Shown: positions 31,966 to 32,000 of the stretch, piece by piece
Layout of the letters: each line of letters opens with the position of its first letter
How positions within the stretch are numbered: the first letter of the stretch is position 1
NCBI GenBank assembly: GCA_041659405.1
Contig: JBAZYK010000004.1
Location: 90,001-122,000, forward strand
Direction: 5' to 3'
Length of the DNA: 32,000 nucleotides
Origin: Candidatus Altimarinota bacterium
GTDB lineage: Bacteria; Patescibacteriota; Gracilibacteria; UBA1369
The notes under the pieces: generated by a model
Databases searched by the model: none
What the model saw: only the letters and a program-made list of their open reading frames with translations
What the model was told of the DNA's origin: nothing
Translations under genes and position numbers: made by a program

Positions 31966-32000
31966 TGGTGGGCTAGATCGGAATCGAACCGATGACCATC
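31966..32000 (-). tRNA. tRNA gene, 3' portion only (truncated by the window edge), with encoded CCA
   Basis: The reverse complement reads ...GGTCATCGGTTCGATTCCGATCTAGCCCACCA. This gives a T-arm ATCGG-TTCGATT-CCGAT, a 3' acceptor strand CTAGCCC, discriminator A and CCA. The anticodon lies outside the window, so identity is unknown. Confidence 0.7.

Noticed and set aside
1-32000. Alternative genetic code (UGA recoded, as in some CPR lineages).
   Set aside because: UGA is used as a stop (the PNP-like gene ends in the ATGA overlap at 27776-27779). All large ORFs are uninterrupted under the standard code.
1-32000. CRISPR array, diversity-generating retroelement, prophage or integrative element.
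   Set aside because: There are no regularly spaced direct repeats, no reverse transcriptase, and no integrase or phage structural genes. The only tRNA is at the window edge, with no adjacent integrase.

Overview
This is a 32-kb window from an AT-rich bacterial genome that uses the standard genetic code. No recognisable Shine-Dalgarno sequence precedes any gene I checked. Gene content resembles small-genome uncultivated lineages such as Patescibacteria/CPR, but that placement is inference only. I can support 24 protein-coding genes, one partial tRNA, two intrinsic terminators, several sigma70-like promoters and one candidate small RNA. I found no CRISPR array, rRNA, transposase or integrase.

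Positions 1-14.6 kb are mostly housekeeping and envelope genes: a dGTPase-like HD hydrolase, NrdR, an L,D-transpeptidase, a UvrD/PcrA helicase, a GT4 glycosyltransferase, NAD kinase, pyruvate phosphate dikinase and a CdsA/polyprenol-kinase-family membrane protein. A two-gene orphan insert sits at 3.0-4.1 kb.

Positions 14.6-24.6 kb form a minus-strand envelope block. It runs class A PBP (with a PBP1C-like C-terminal domain), then an ECF-type sigma factor, then a 2171-aa alpha-2-macroglobulin. The macroglobulin has an intact CAEQ thioester motif and is anchored by an anti-sigma-like N-terminus rather than a lipobox.

The most unusual region is 25.1-31.9 kb. Two convergent operons sit there. The plus-strand operon encodes an archaeal-type AspRS, a PNP/UDP-family nucleoside phosphorylase-like enzyme, a SAM methyltransferase, a 66-aa ORF and a HIT hydrolase. 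The minus-strand operon encodes a QueC-like PP-loop ATPase and a CysK-like PLP enzyme. Each operon starts with a copy of the same ~130-bp module (promoter, leader, ATG and first 17 codons), and the two copies lie in inverted orientation. As a result, two unrelated enzymes share the N-terminal peptide MLEIRDQ(I/V)NLIDD. Upstream is a 540-bp non-coding region containing a candidate three-way-junction sRNA and a GC-rich alternative-pairing element.

The functional readings are hypotheses that need computation or experiment. They are an aminoacyl-nucleotide or nucleobase-amino-acid pathway with an AspRS and HIT component, and a protease-sensing sigma/anti-sigma macroglobulin.
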